Shown here one piece after another: positions 48,292 through 56,767 of a DNA stretch of 64,000 nt (positions are counted from its first letter, which is position 1; each line of letters begins with the position of its first letter). The notes under the pieces were generated by a model. The model was not told the origin of the DNA, searched no databases, and was given only the letters and a program-made list of their open reading frames with translations. A program made the translations under genes and the position numbers. Origin of the DNA: Gammaproteobacteria bacterium (GTDB taxonomy: Bacteria; Pseudomonadota; Gammaproteobacteria; Steroidobacterales; Steroidobacteraceae); assembly GCA_028293745.1 (NCBI GenBank), contig JAQGOF010000248.1, forward strand, positions 4,177-68,176, written 5' to 3'.

Positions 48292-49281
48292 ATGCGCATT
48301 GCTTTAACCTCGGGAGAGCCGGCAGGCATCGGCCCCGAGCTGTGTCTCGCCATCGCGCGCACGGCGATTCCCTGCGAGCTCGTTTGCCTGGGTGATCGCA
48401 GCCTGCTCGCCGAGCGGTCGCGCCAGCTCGGCTGGCAGATCACTCTGCGCGACTACGACGCAACGCATGCGTTGCACCGCGCAGCGCGCCCGCACGAGCC
48501 CAATACCCTGGCAGTGCTGCACCAGCCTCTCGCGGCTCCCAGCAAACCTGGCCAACTCGACAAGCGCAATGCCCGTTACGTGTTAGGACTGCTCGATCGC
48601 GCCATTGACGGCGCGGTCAGCGGAGAATTCGCGGCCATCGTCACCGCGCCCGTGCACAAGGGTGTCATCAACGACGGCGGTGTCGCATTCACCGGTCATA
48701 CGGAGTATCTGGCGCAGCGCACGGGCTCTGCCCTACCGGTTATGTTGCTGGCAGCGCCGGGAATGCGCGTGGCATTGGCTACCATCCACTTGCCTCTCAA
48801 GGATGTCAGTGCAGCCATCACTGTTGACTCGTTGTTGGCGACCGCGGCAATCCTGGATACCGACCTGCGAAAGTGGTGGGGTATCGAGTCGCCGCGGATC
48901 GCGGTGTGCGGTTTGAATCCGCACGCAGGTGAAGGTGGATACCTGGGCGATGAAGAGATCAAGGTCATTGCACCGGCGATCAAGCTGATGCGCGAGCGCG
49001 GTATCCGTGCTGCCGGGCCGCTGCCGGCGGACACCGCCTTCGTACCGCAAATGTTGGCTGAGTGCGACGCCGTGCTTGCCATGTATCACGATCAGGGACT
49101 GCCGGTGATCAAGCACGCCGGATTCGACCGTACGGTCAACGTCACACTGGGCCTGCCGATTCTGCGCACGTCAGTCGATCACGGGACTGCTCTCGATCTC
49201 GCCGGGACGGGTCGCGCGGACCCTGGAAGCCTGGCCGCAGCGATCCGGTTGGCCACCGAGATCACCGCTCGCACTACGTGA
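48292..49281 (+). CDS. pdxA: 4-hydroxythreonine-4-phosphate dehydrogenase
   Basis: 329 aa with TSGEPAGIGPE and HTEYL motifs. Canonical operon position. Confidence 0.9.
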   Translation: MRIALTSGEPAGIGPELCLAIARTAIPCELVCLGDRSLLAERSRQLGWQITLRDYDATHALHRAARPHEPNTLAVLHQPLAAPSKPGQLDKRNARYVLGLLDRAIDGAVSGEFAAIVTAPVHKGVINDGGVAFTGHTEYLAQRTGSALPVMLLAAPGMRVALATIHLPLKDVSAAITVDSLLATAAILDTDLRKWWGIESPRIAVCGLNPHAGEGGYLGDEEIKVIAPAIKLMRERGIRAAGPLPADTAFVPQMLAECDAVLAMYHDQGLPVIKHAGFDRTVNVTLGLPILRTSVDHGTALDLAGTGRADPGSLAAAIRLATEITARTT

Positions 49282-50093
49282 TGCGAGCTCAGTCCTACTC
49301 AGCCCGGCCGCCACGCCGTAAACGCTTCGGTCAGCATTTCCTGCACGACCCCGCAGTGATCGAGCGCATCGCGGGCGCCGTGAATCCACTCTCGAGCGAC
49401 CGGCTGGTTGAGATCGGCCCGGGGCGTGGCGCACTCACCCGGCACCTTCTCGCCCGTTCCGGAACCCTCGACGCAATCGAGATCGATCGTGATCTTGCCG
49501 GGCTGTTGCGCGCCGAATATGCGAGCTTTCCGGGATTCGCGCTCCACGAGGCAGACGCTCTCGAATTCGACTTCGCAGCCCTTGCCCGGGCGCGCGGTGG
49601 ACGTCTGCGGGTGGTCGGCAATCTACCCTACAACATCTCGACGCCGCTTCTGTTCCACCTTCTGAAGAGCACCGGCGCAATCGAAGACCTGCACATCATG
49701 CTGCAGCGAGAGGTGATCGCACGCATGGCCTCGAAGGCAGGGGACCGGGACTACGGGCGCCTGACCGTAATGCTCGCACCCTGGGTGAGCATTGAGCACC
49801 TGTTCGATGTCGGTCCCGGTGCCTTTCGGCCCCCGCCACGTGTCTGGTCCGCGGTGGCGCGGCTCACCGTCCGTGCCGAGCCGGCCTTTCCCGTCAGCGA
49901 GCACTTCGGCGCCGTCGTAGCCGCCGCCTTTGCGCACCGGCGTAAGACAATCCGCAACGCATTGCGAGAACTGCTCAGCCTGGAGCAGATCGAGGCGGCA
50001 GGCCTCGATCCGGGTGCACGTCCGGAAACATTTCCCCCCGAGGCCTTCAATGCACTTGCGCAGAAGATTGTAAGATCCCCCTCGAGCCTCTGA
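49281..50093 (+). CDS. rsmA: 16S rRNA (adenine1518/1519-N6) dimethyltransferase
   Basis: ORF trimmed to ATG 49281 (TGATG overlap with the pdxA stop). Motifs FGQHFL and VVGNLPYNISTP. Confidence 0.92.
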   Translation: MRAQSYSARPPRRKRFGQHFLHDPAVIERIAGAVNPLSSDRLVEIGPGRGALTRHLLARSGTLDAIEIDRDLAGLLRAEYASFPGFALHEADALEFDFAALARARGGRLRVVGNLPYNISTPLLFHLLKSTGAIEDLHIMLQREVIARMASKAGDRDYGRLTVMLAPWVSIEHLFDVGPGAFRPPPRVWSAVARLTVRAEPAFPVSEHFGAVVAAAFAHRRKTIRNALRELLSLEQIEAAGLDPGARPETFPPEAFNALAQKIVRSPSSL

Positions 50094-50127
50094 TTCTTGC
50101 CGCGCAGCGCATGAGAAGGAAACCCTA

Positions 50128-50565
50128 ATGCCGGAATATCGTCGCATCCTCGTCGTCGTGGATCTGAGCGAAGACAGCCTGCCGATCGGCCGGCGGGCAC
50201 AAGCGCTTGCGACAACCCTGGGCGCAGAGATAGATATGTTGCATGTCGTAGAGTACGTGCCAGTCGAACCTATGGGCGAAACGCTGATGCCTGCTGTTCA
50301 GATCGAGGACGAGCTAATGGGTCGCGCCAAACAACGCCTGACGGCTCTAGCTACCCAACTCGGCATACCCGCTACGTCGTGCCGAGTAGAAGCAGGAAAC
50401 GTAAAAGCCGAAATCGTGCGGATCGCGCGCGAGCGCCATACAGATCTCATCATAATGGGCAGCCGCGAACGGCATGGTTTGTCCATTCTCGTAAACTTCA
50501 CCGAGGACACTGTGCTACACGCAGCACCGTGTGACGTCCTCGCCGTACGCGTCGGACGTACTTGA
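50128..50565 (+). CDS. Universal stress protein (UspA family)
   Basis: 145 aa with ILVVVDLS...[14 protein letters not shown]...[12 protein letters not shown]. Confidence 0.85.
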   Translation: MPEYRRILVVVDLSEDSLPIGRRAQALATTLGAEIDMLHVVEYVPVEPMGETLMPAVQIEDELMGRAKQRLTALATQLGIPATSCRVEAGNVKAEIVRIARERHTDLIIMGSRERHGLSILVNFTEDTVLHAAPCDVLAVRVGRT

Positions 50566-50581
50566 ATTGACAGCTCACTCG

Positions 50582-50962
50582 ATGGAACCAGTCCCGCACC
50601 AGATTCGGATTGAAGTCGAAACGGCGTACCTCGACGAGCAATCGGATCCCAAGGAACGCCGGTATGTGTTTTCCTACACGATCACGATACGCAACGAGGG
50701 GCTGGTATCCGCACGCTTGCTGACTCGTCACTGGGTCATTACGGATGCCAACGGCAAGGTGCAGGAAGTCCGCGGCGATGGCGTAGTCGGTGAGCAGCCG
50801 CACCTGAAACCCGGACAGGGATTTCGATATTCCAGTGGCGCGGTTCTGGAAACGCCTGTGGGCGCAATGCAGGGCAGCTACGAGATGGTCACGGACGATG
50901 GGATGCGGTTTGATGCTCCTATTGCCGCCTTCCGGCTCGCGATGCCCGGAATCTTGCAGTGA
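50582..50962 (+). CDS. apaG: ApaG (DUF525) protein
   Basis: ORF trimmed to ATG 50582. [33 protein letters not shown] matches the start of E. coli ApaG. Confidence 0.85.
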   Translation: MEPVPHQIRIEVETAYLDEQSDPKERRYVFSYTITIRNEGLVSARLLTRHWVITDANGKVQEVRGDGVVGEQPHLKPGQGFRYSSGAVLETPVGAMQGSYEMVTDDGMRFDAPIAAFRLAMPGILQ

Positions 50963-51795
50963 CCCATTATGCGATTGGCGACGTGCAGGGTTGCAACGAC
51001 GAGCTGCAAGCGCTCCTCGCCCGACTGCATTTTTCAGCCGATCGCGACCAGCTCTATTTTGTTGGCGACCTGGTGAACCGGGGACCTGCTTCGCTGCACG
51101 TGCTGAGGTTTGTACGTTCTCTGGGTGACAACGCAGTTGTCGTACTCGGAAACCACGATCTGCACCTCCTTGCCGTGGCGCACGGTGTACGCCGAAGCCG
51201 CAAATCCGATACGTTGGATGACGTGCTGGCGGCGCCAGATCGCGACACATTGCTCGACTGGCTCATCACACGCCCCCTCGCCCATATTCATCCTCACGGC
51301 GATGGACGTGCTGATTTGGTGGTGCACGCCGGACTTGTTCCGCAGTGGACGGTCGGCATGACGCTCGCGCTTGCTAGCGAGGTGGAGTCGGCCTTGCGCG
51401 ACGACCCGTCGCGCGTGTTCGATCACATGTACGGGGATGAGCCGGACCGATGGAGCGATGACCTTGCCGAGAAGGACAGGCTGCGTTTCACGATCAATGT
51501 ACTGACGCGACTGCGCGTTTGCACCGTCGATGGCCGCGTCGATCTGAAATGGAAGGGCAAGCCACCACCATCCAACTCGCCGTACCAACCCTGGTTCGAT
51601 ATAGAACCACGCGAAAGTCGCGCCGCTCGTGTCATCTTCGGACACTGGTCCGCGCTCGGGTTCGTGCAGCGAAACGGTGTAGTGGGGGTGGACTCCGGTT
51701 GCGTCTGGGGCGGCTCTCTCACGGCCTTCGACCTCGACACTGACCGGCCGCCCATCACTGTTGCCTGCGGCGGGTATCAGCTGCCCGACGACTGA
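50959..51795 (+). CDS. apaH: Symmetrical bis(5'-nucleosyl)-tetraphosphatase
   Basis: GTG start overlaps the apaG stop (GTGA). Metallophosphatase motifs [14 protein letters not shown] and GNHD. Confidence 0.9.
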   Translation: MTHYAIGDVQGCNDELQALLARLHFSADRDQLYFVGDLVNRGPASLHVLRFVRSLGDNAVVVLGNHDLHLLAVAHGVRRSRKSDTLDDVLAAPDRDTLLDWLITRPLAHIHPHGDGRADLVVHAGLVPQWTVGMTLALASEVESALRDDPSRVFDHMYGDEPDRWSDDLAEKDRLRFTINVLTRLRVCTVDGRVDLKWKGKPPPSNSPYQPWFDIEPRESRAARVIFGHWSALGFVQRNGVVGVDSGCVWGGSLTAFDLDTDRPPITVACGGYQLPDD

Positions 51796-52256
51796 TCCGC
51801 CGGTCCCCACGAGAGGGCTATCTGGGGCGATTTCATGATGAAGACGCCGGGCGCCAGCTGAAGGTCCACCGGCTTCGTACCTGTCGTCGTTATCGGAAGC
51901 ACGACACGTTGAGCCGAACGTACCTCGAGTGCACCGAATTGACCCGGCATCACCCGAAAGGCAATCCGAACCGGCCAGACAGTGTGCTCGCGTGGCTTGA
52001 GGACCGCGCTGCCCTGCCCGCCTGCCAGTCTCATATCCACGACGAGCGTATTGCCCATCCAATACTGCGGGAAAGCCATATCCGCGCCTTCCGGGGTCGT
52101 GGTTGCCAGATCGTGGACGACCTCGGGCGCTGGCGCAGGCTTGCGGTGCCACGGCCAATAATGCGGCTGCGGCATGTGGCTGCAGCCGGCTGCTATTGTT
52201 AACAACGCGGTCAGCAGCATTGCTGTGGTCACGGCGTGCATTGGGCGATCGGTCAT
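51777..52256 (-). CDS. Small lipoprotein of unknown function
   Basis: 159 aa with signal peptide and lipobox (MLLTALLTIAAGCS). High third-position GC in this frame. Overlaps the apaH 3' end by 19 nt (convergent). Confidence 0.6.
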   Translation of the reverse strand: MTDRPMHAVTTAMLLTALLTIAAGCSHMPQPHYWPWHRKPAPAPEVVHDLATTTPEGADMAFPQYWMGNTLVVDMRLAGGQGSAVLKPREHTVWPVRIAFRVMPGQFGALEVRSAQRVVLPITTTGTKPVDLQLAPGVFIMKSPQIALSWGPADQSSGS

Positions 52257-52296
52257 TTACAGCGCTCCTCACGCGGGTCGTCCCCCCGGTATCGAG

Positions 52297-52311
52297 CGCG
52301 TAACATACGCG
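52297..52311. promoter_or_regulatory. Palindrome CGCGTA-ACA-TACGCG flanked by AGCGCGT direct repeats, upstream of the kynurenine genes
   Basis: Read directly. AGCGCGT occurs at 52295-301 and 52315-21. The element lies 27 nt upstream of ATG 52338. Confidence 0.3.
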
Positions 52312-52337
52312 AATAGCGCGTCGAGGACACACACTGT

Positions 52338-52853
52338 ATGCAGCCGCTTCAAGCCTTCAATTTCCGGCGCTGGATCGACGAAAACCGGGCCGCATTGCGG
52401 CCTCCGGTCGGGAACAAGCGGGTCTTCCGTGACGGTGATTTCGTGATCATGGTCGTTGGCGGACCGAACGCCCGCAAGGACTACCATGTCGATCCGGGCG
52501 AGGAATTCTTCTATCAGCTCGAGGGTGACATGGTCCTGAAGACGATGCAGGACGGACGCCCCGTCGATGTGCCGATCCGCGAAGGCGAAATACTCTTGTT
52601 GCCGCCTCTCGTACCGCACTCTCCGCAACGCCGCGCAGACACGGTGGGACTGGTGATCGAGCGCCAGCGCAGGCCGGGTGAGCTCGATGGTTTCCAATGG
52701 TACTGCGAGAACTGCGGCCACCTGTTGTATCAGGAATTCTTCGAGCTGACCGACATCGAGAAGCAGTTTCCGCCTCTGTTCGAGCGCTTCTATGCCAGCC
52801 CCGAGCGTCGCACCTGCGCAAATTGCGGCACGGTGATGGAGCGGGCCCGTTGA
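52338..52853 (+). CDS. nbaC: 3-hydroxyanthranilate 3,4-dioxygenase
   Basis: 171 aa. Cupin core [18 protein letters not shown]...[13 protein letters not shown] and a C-terminal rubredoxin-like CxxC...CxxC (CENCG...CANCG). Confidence 0.88.
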   Translation: MQPLQAFNFRRWIDENRAALRPPVGNKRVFRDGDFVIMVVGGPNARKDYHVDPGEEFFYQLEGDMVLKTMQDGRPVDVPIREGEILLLPPLVPHSPQRRADTVGLVIERQRRPGELDGFQWYCENCGHLLYQEFFELTDIEKQFPPLFERFYASPERRTCANCGTVMERAR

Positions 52854-53671
52854 AGGCACGCATCCAGTTGGCTGGCGGGGCCGAGGTTGTTACCGACCTG
52901 TCGAAACCCCTCGACATTGCGATCCCTCTCGACTTCGCGGCTCAACAGCCGGGACACTTCGGTGCCCCGTCAGCCAGCACACAACCTTTCTCGGTACCGG
53001 GCTTCTCCGGCTCGGTTGCGCAAGGCGCGAGTTGCAACTGCAACGTCATCACGCTCATTCCTCATTGCAACGGCACTCACACCGAATGTGCCGGACACCT
53101 CACGACCGAGCGGCTGGACGCACATCGCCAGGTACCTCGAGGGTTGCTGCCCGCCCTGCTGACTACGATCGAGCCTGTCGATGCACACCGCTGTCTCGAG
53201 ACGACCGAGCCCGCTGCGCAAGCAGGTGACAAGTTGATCACCCGCCGCGAAATAGAGCGTGGCTGGCCTGACCCACTGCCATTTCAACCGCGAGCCATGA
53301 TCATCCGCACTCTGCCGAACGAGGCTGCCAAGATGCGGCGCGACTACACCGACAGGACACCGCCTTATCTCTCGCGCGAGGCAGCCGAATTCCTGGTGGC
53401 TCGGGGCATTGAGCATCTCGTCGTTGACCTGCCGTCGATTGATCGCGCCCACGATGAAGGACGGTTGACCTCCCATCGAGTGTTCTTCGGCTTACCCCGC
53501 GGATCGCATTCGCTGCAGCAGGCCGCACGCCCGGAATCCACTATCACGGAACTCGCCTTCATACCCGATGAGATCGCGGACGGTCCGTATCTTCTCGAGA
53601 TCCAGGTGCCCGCGATCGGCGGTGACGCGGTACCCAGCAGGCCGCTTCTGTACATGTTTGAATCACCATGA
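52850..53671 (+). CDS. Cyclase-family protein; candidate (divergent) kynurenine formamidase
   Basis: In-frame TTG 52850 overlaps the upstream stop (TTGA). 273 aa. The C-terminal half is cyclase-like ([27 protein letters not shown]). The metal motif reads [12 protein letters not shown] instead of the canonical HxGTHxDxPxH. Sits between the 3-HAO and kynureninase genes. Confidence 0.5.
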   Translation: MKARIQLAGGAEVVTDLSKPLDIAIPLDFAAQQPGHFGAPSASTQPFSVPGFSGSVAQGASCNCNVITLIPHCNGTHTECAGHLTTERLDAHRQVPRGLLPALLTTIEPVDAHRCLETTEPAAQAGDKLITRREIERGWPDPLPFQPRAMIIRTLPNEAAKMRRDYTDRTPPYLSREAAEFLVARGIEHLVVDLPSIDRAHDEGRLTSHRVFFGLPRGSHSLQQAARPESTITELAFIPDEIADGPYLLEIQVPAIGGDAVPSRPLLYMFESP

Positions 53672-54945
53672 AGCCAACACTCGAATACGCCCGCGCCCGC
53701 GACGAGGCAGACGCATTGCGTACGTTCCGCGAGCGCTTCGCGATACCGACCGATTCGAACGGCAGACAGCTCCTGTACCTGTGCGGCCATTCACTAGGCC
53801 TGATGCCGGTGGCAGCACGGCGGCTGGTCGATCAGGAGCTCGATGACTGGGCGCGGTTGGGTGTGCTCGGTCACGAACAGGCCACTCGACCGTGGATCCC
53901 TTACCACGAGAACCTCACTGCCGGGCTTGCGTACCTGTCAGGGGCGCGGCCCGATGAAGTCATCGCGATGAACTCTCTGACGGTCAACCTGCATTTGATG
54001 TTGGCCAGCTTCTACAGGCCAGCCGGACGGCGCGTGAAGATCCTGATCGAGGCCGGCGCCTTTTCTTCCGACCGTCACGCCGTCGCCTCGCAGCTCGCCT
54101 GGCATGGCCAGGATGTGCAGACCGGCCTGATCGAGCTGGCTCCCGAGGCAGGCTCGGAGAGCCTGTCGGAACAGGCCATCGAGGCCTGCCTGGAACGACA
54201 CGGCGATGAGATCGCACTCGTGTTGTGGCCCGGTGTGCAGTTCCGAACGGGCCAGGCGTTTGACCTGGCGCGCATCGTGAGTGCCGCGCACCGCGCGGGT
54301 TGCATTGCCGGGTTGGACCTGGCGCATTCCATCGGCAACATGCCGCTCGCCCTGCACGAGCACGACGCAGACTTCGCCGTGTGGTGCAGTTACAAATATC
54401 TGAACGCGGGGCCGGGCGCCATCGGCGGGTGCTTCGTCCATGAACGGAACATCAGCGCTGCACCCGGATCGCGTTTGCATGGATGGTGGGGACATGAAGC
54501 CGCGACTCGCTTCCGGATGGAACCGCGCTTTGCAGCCGCGGCGGGAGCTGCCGCCTGGCAGATCAGCAACCCCCCCATCCTCTCGGCCGCACCGCTGCTG
54601 GCCTCGTTGGAGTTGTTTCAGCAGGCACGCATCGAGCCGCTGCGGGAGAAATCCATCGCCCTGACGAGCTATCTGGAATTGTTGCTGCGGCCGCTCGAGC
54701 CCTCGGTAGAGCTCATTACTCCACGCGCCCCGGCCTCCCGGGGTTGTCAGTTGTCCATACGAATTCCCGGTGCGGCCTCGCGGGGCAAGCGCGTACTGGA
54801 CAGGTTGAGCGAGCTCGGCGTCATCTGCGACTGGCGCGAGCCCGATGTCATCCGTGTTGCACCCGTTCCGTTGTACAATCGTTTTGAGGACGTGTTCACC
54901 TTTGGCGAGCGCCTGGCGCAGGTATTGCGGGAAATTGCGAACTGA
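53668..54945 (+). CDS. kynU: Kynureninase
   Basis: 425 aa. PLP-lysine region WCSYKYLNAGPGA. ATGA overlap with the upstream gene. Confidence 0.92.
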   Translation: MKPTLEYARARDEADALRTFRERFAIPTDSNGRQLLYLCGHSLGLMPVAARRLVDQELDDWARLGVLGHEQATRPWIPYHENLTAGLAYLSGARPDEVIAMNSLTVNLHLMLASFYRPAGRRVKILIEAGAFSSDRHAVASQLAWHGQDVQTGLIELAPEAGSESLSEQAIEACLERHGDEIALVLWPGVQFRTGQAFDLARIVSAAHRAGCIAGLDLAHSIGNMPLALHEHDADFAVWCSYKYLNAGPGAIGGCFVHERNISAAPGSRLHGWWGHEAATRFRMEPRFAAAAGAAAWQISNPPILSAAPLLASLELFQQARIEPLREKSIALTSYLELLLRPLEPSVELITPRAPASRGCQLSIRIPGAASRGKRVLDRLSELGVICDWREPDVIRVAPVPLYNRFEDVFTFGERLAQVLREIAN

Positions 54946-56296
54946 CTCCGACCAGCCAATCAACATAGTCGGCGCCGGGCTCGCCGGAGCGCTGCTTGGC
55001 GTCACACTGATGCGGCGCGGCTGTGGCGCGCTGCGGTTATGGGATCGGCGCCCCGACCCGCGCCGTACCCGAACGGAACGCGGCCGCTCAATCAACCTGG
55101 CACTCGCGGCGCGGGGCATTGCGGCCCTCGAGCAAGCCGGTGTGATGGATCGCGTCCGCCCTCTGTTGATTCCGATGCGCGGGCGCATGATTCACGAGCG
55201 ATCAGGCGCTCCCAACCTGCAACCCTATGGCCAGCGTGAGGACGAAGTCATCTACTCGGTAGGCCGCGCGGACCTCAACCGTGTATTGATCGAAGAGGCG
55301 GGGCGCCACCAGGATGTCACCATTCGCTTCGATCAGACCTGCCTGTCGGCAGATCCCGCGGCAAACCTCTTGCGGTTTCGCAATGAAGTATCCGGCGCGC
55401 AATACCACGTTGAGCTCGCACCCACGATTGCGACGGATGGCGCAGGCTCCGCGGTGCGAACGAGTTTGGCCTCCGCAGGACAGGTTTCGGTGCGCGAGGA
55501 GTGGTTGGATCACGACTACAAGGAGCTGACGATCCCGCCGGTGGAGGGCCGTCCCGCCCTCGATCCCAATGCCCTGCACATCTGGCCGCGCGGCGGCTTC
55601 ATGCTCATTGCGCTGCCCAACACCGACCAGAGTTTCACCGCGACCCTGTTCCTCGCACGTACGGGTCCGCGCAGTTTCGAGGCGTTGTCTGACTCGCAGG
55701 CGGTGCTCGACTTCTTTCTCGAAGAGTTTCCCGATGCAGTGCCCCTGATTCCCAACCTGATGGCGGAGTTCAGGTCACATCCAGCCGGGCAGCTCGGAAC
55801 AGTGCACACAGCGCCCTGGCGGATCGGCGGCCAGGTGCTGCTGCTGGGCGATGCGGCCCACGCGATCGTTCCTTTTCATGGGCAGGGGATGAACGCAGCG
55901 TTTGAGGATTGCCTCGTGCTGGACTCGCTGTTGGAGCGATGCCAAGACTGGGAGCCGCTGTTCGCAGAGTTTGAACACGTGCGGCGGCCCAATGCGGCCG
56001 CGATCGCGCAGATGGCGCTCGAGAACTACACTGAAATGCGCGCCACCGTGCTCGATGCCGGTTTCGTGCGGCGGAAAAACCTCGCCCTCGAGCTGGAACG
56101 ATGCTTTCCGGACCGCTTCATTCCGCGCTACGCGATGGTCACGTTCCATCCTGAGATCCCCTACGCCGAAGCGTTGCGGCGCGGCGCGGTACAGGAAGGG
56201 ATTCTCGTGGAGCTCGACCACGGGGACGACACCGTGGACTTTACACTCGCACGGAAGCTGATTAACGAGCGGCTACCGGCACTCGCTCCAAGGTAA
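54935..56296 (+). CDS. kmo: Kynurenine 3-monooxygenase
   Basis: Track ORF 54845 trimmed to TTG 54935, giving (M)RTDSDQPINIVGAGLAGALLG. FAD motifs GAGLAG and LLGDAAHAIVPFHGQGMN. The start is provisional. Confidence 0.85.
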   Translation: MRTDSDQPINIVGAGLAGALLGVTLMRRGCGALRLWDRRPDPRRTRTERGRSINLALAARGIAALEQAGVMDRVRPLLIPMRGRMIHERSGAPNLQPYGQREDEVIYSVGRADLNRVLIEEAGRHQDVTIRFDQTCLSADPAANLLRFRNEVSGAQYHVELAPTIATDGAGSAVRTSLASAGQVSVREEWLDHDYKELTIPPVEGRPALDPNALHIWPRGGFMLIALPNTDQSFTATLFLARTGPRSFEALSDSQAVLDFFLEEFPDAVPLIPNLMAEFRSHPAGQLGTVHTAPWRIGGQVLLLGDAAHAIVPFHGQGMNAAFEDCLVLDSLLERCQDWEPLFAEFEHVRRPNAAAIAQMALENYTEMRATVLDAGFVRRKNLALELERCFPDRFIPRYAMVTFHPEIPYAEALRRGAVQEGILVELDHGDDTVDFTLARKLINERLPALAPR

Positions 56297-56765
56297 TGAA
56301 CGTCATGTCGAAGGCGTTGCGCTCGTCAGCAGCAAACTCACGGCTGCGCAGCTCTGCCCACTGGGAATAATCGATCGGTGGGAACACCGTGTCCCCGGCG
56401 ATATCCGCATCGATTCGAGTCAGGTAAATGCGGGTGGCCAGTGGCATCAACAACTGGAAGACTTCGGCACCGCCAATGCAGGCCAGCTCCGGCGCGCTCT
56501 TGGCGCCTTCCAGCGCATCGTCCAGGGAATGAACCGCGAGCACGCCGGCTGCCATCCAGTCCGTGTCGCGGGTCAGCACCAGATTGGCGCGGCCGGGCAG
56601 CGGCTTGCCAATGGACTCGAAGGTCTTGCGGCCCATGAGAATGGGTTTTCCCCAGGTGACCGCCTTGAAGTGCTTCAGGTCCTCAGGAAGCCGCCATGGC
56701 AGCGCATTGTCGCGGCCGATGACGTGGTTGCGCGCCATCGCGACCACCAGCGAGACGAGCGGCAC
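56262..56765 (-). CDS. folA: Dihydrofolate reductase
   Basis: 167 aa with VAMARNHVIGRDNALPWRLPEDLKHFKAVT...GRKTFESIG. The 3' end overlaps the kmo 3' end by 35 nt. Confidence 0.92.
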   Translation of the reverse strand: MPLVSLVVAMARNHVIGRDNALPWRLPEDLKHFKAVTWGKPILMGRKTFESIGKPLPGRANLVLTRDTDWMAAGVLAVHSLDDALEGAKSAPELACIGGAEVFQLLMPLATRIYLTRIDADIAGDTVFPPIDYSQWAELRSREFAADERNAFDMTFITLERVPVAAR

Positions 56766-56767
56766 CT

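Noticed and set aside
53938-55188. 416-aa minus-strand ORF (and the similar 51034..52332, 432 aa)
   Set aside because: These are antisense shadows of kynU/kmo and apaH respectively. The sense genes carry clear catalytic motifs.
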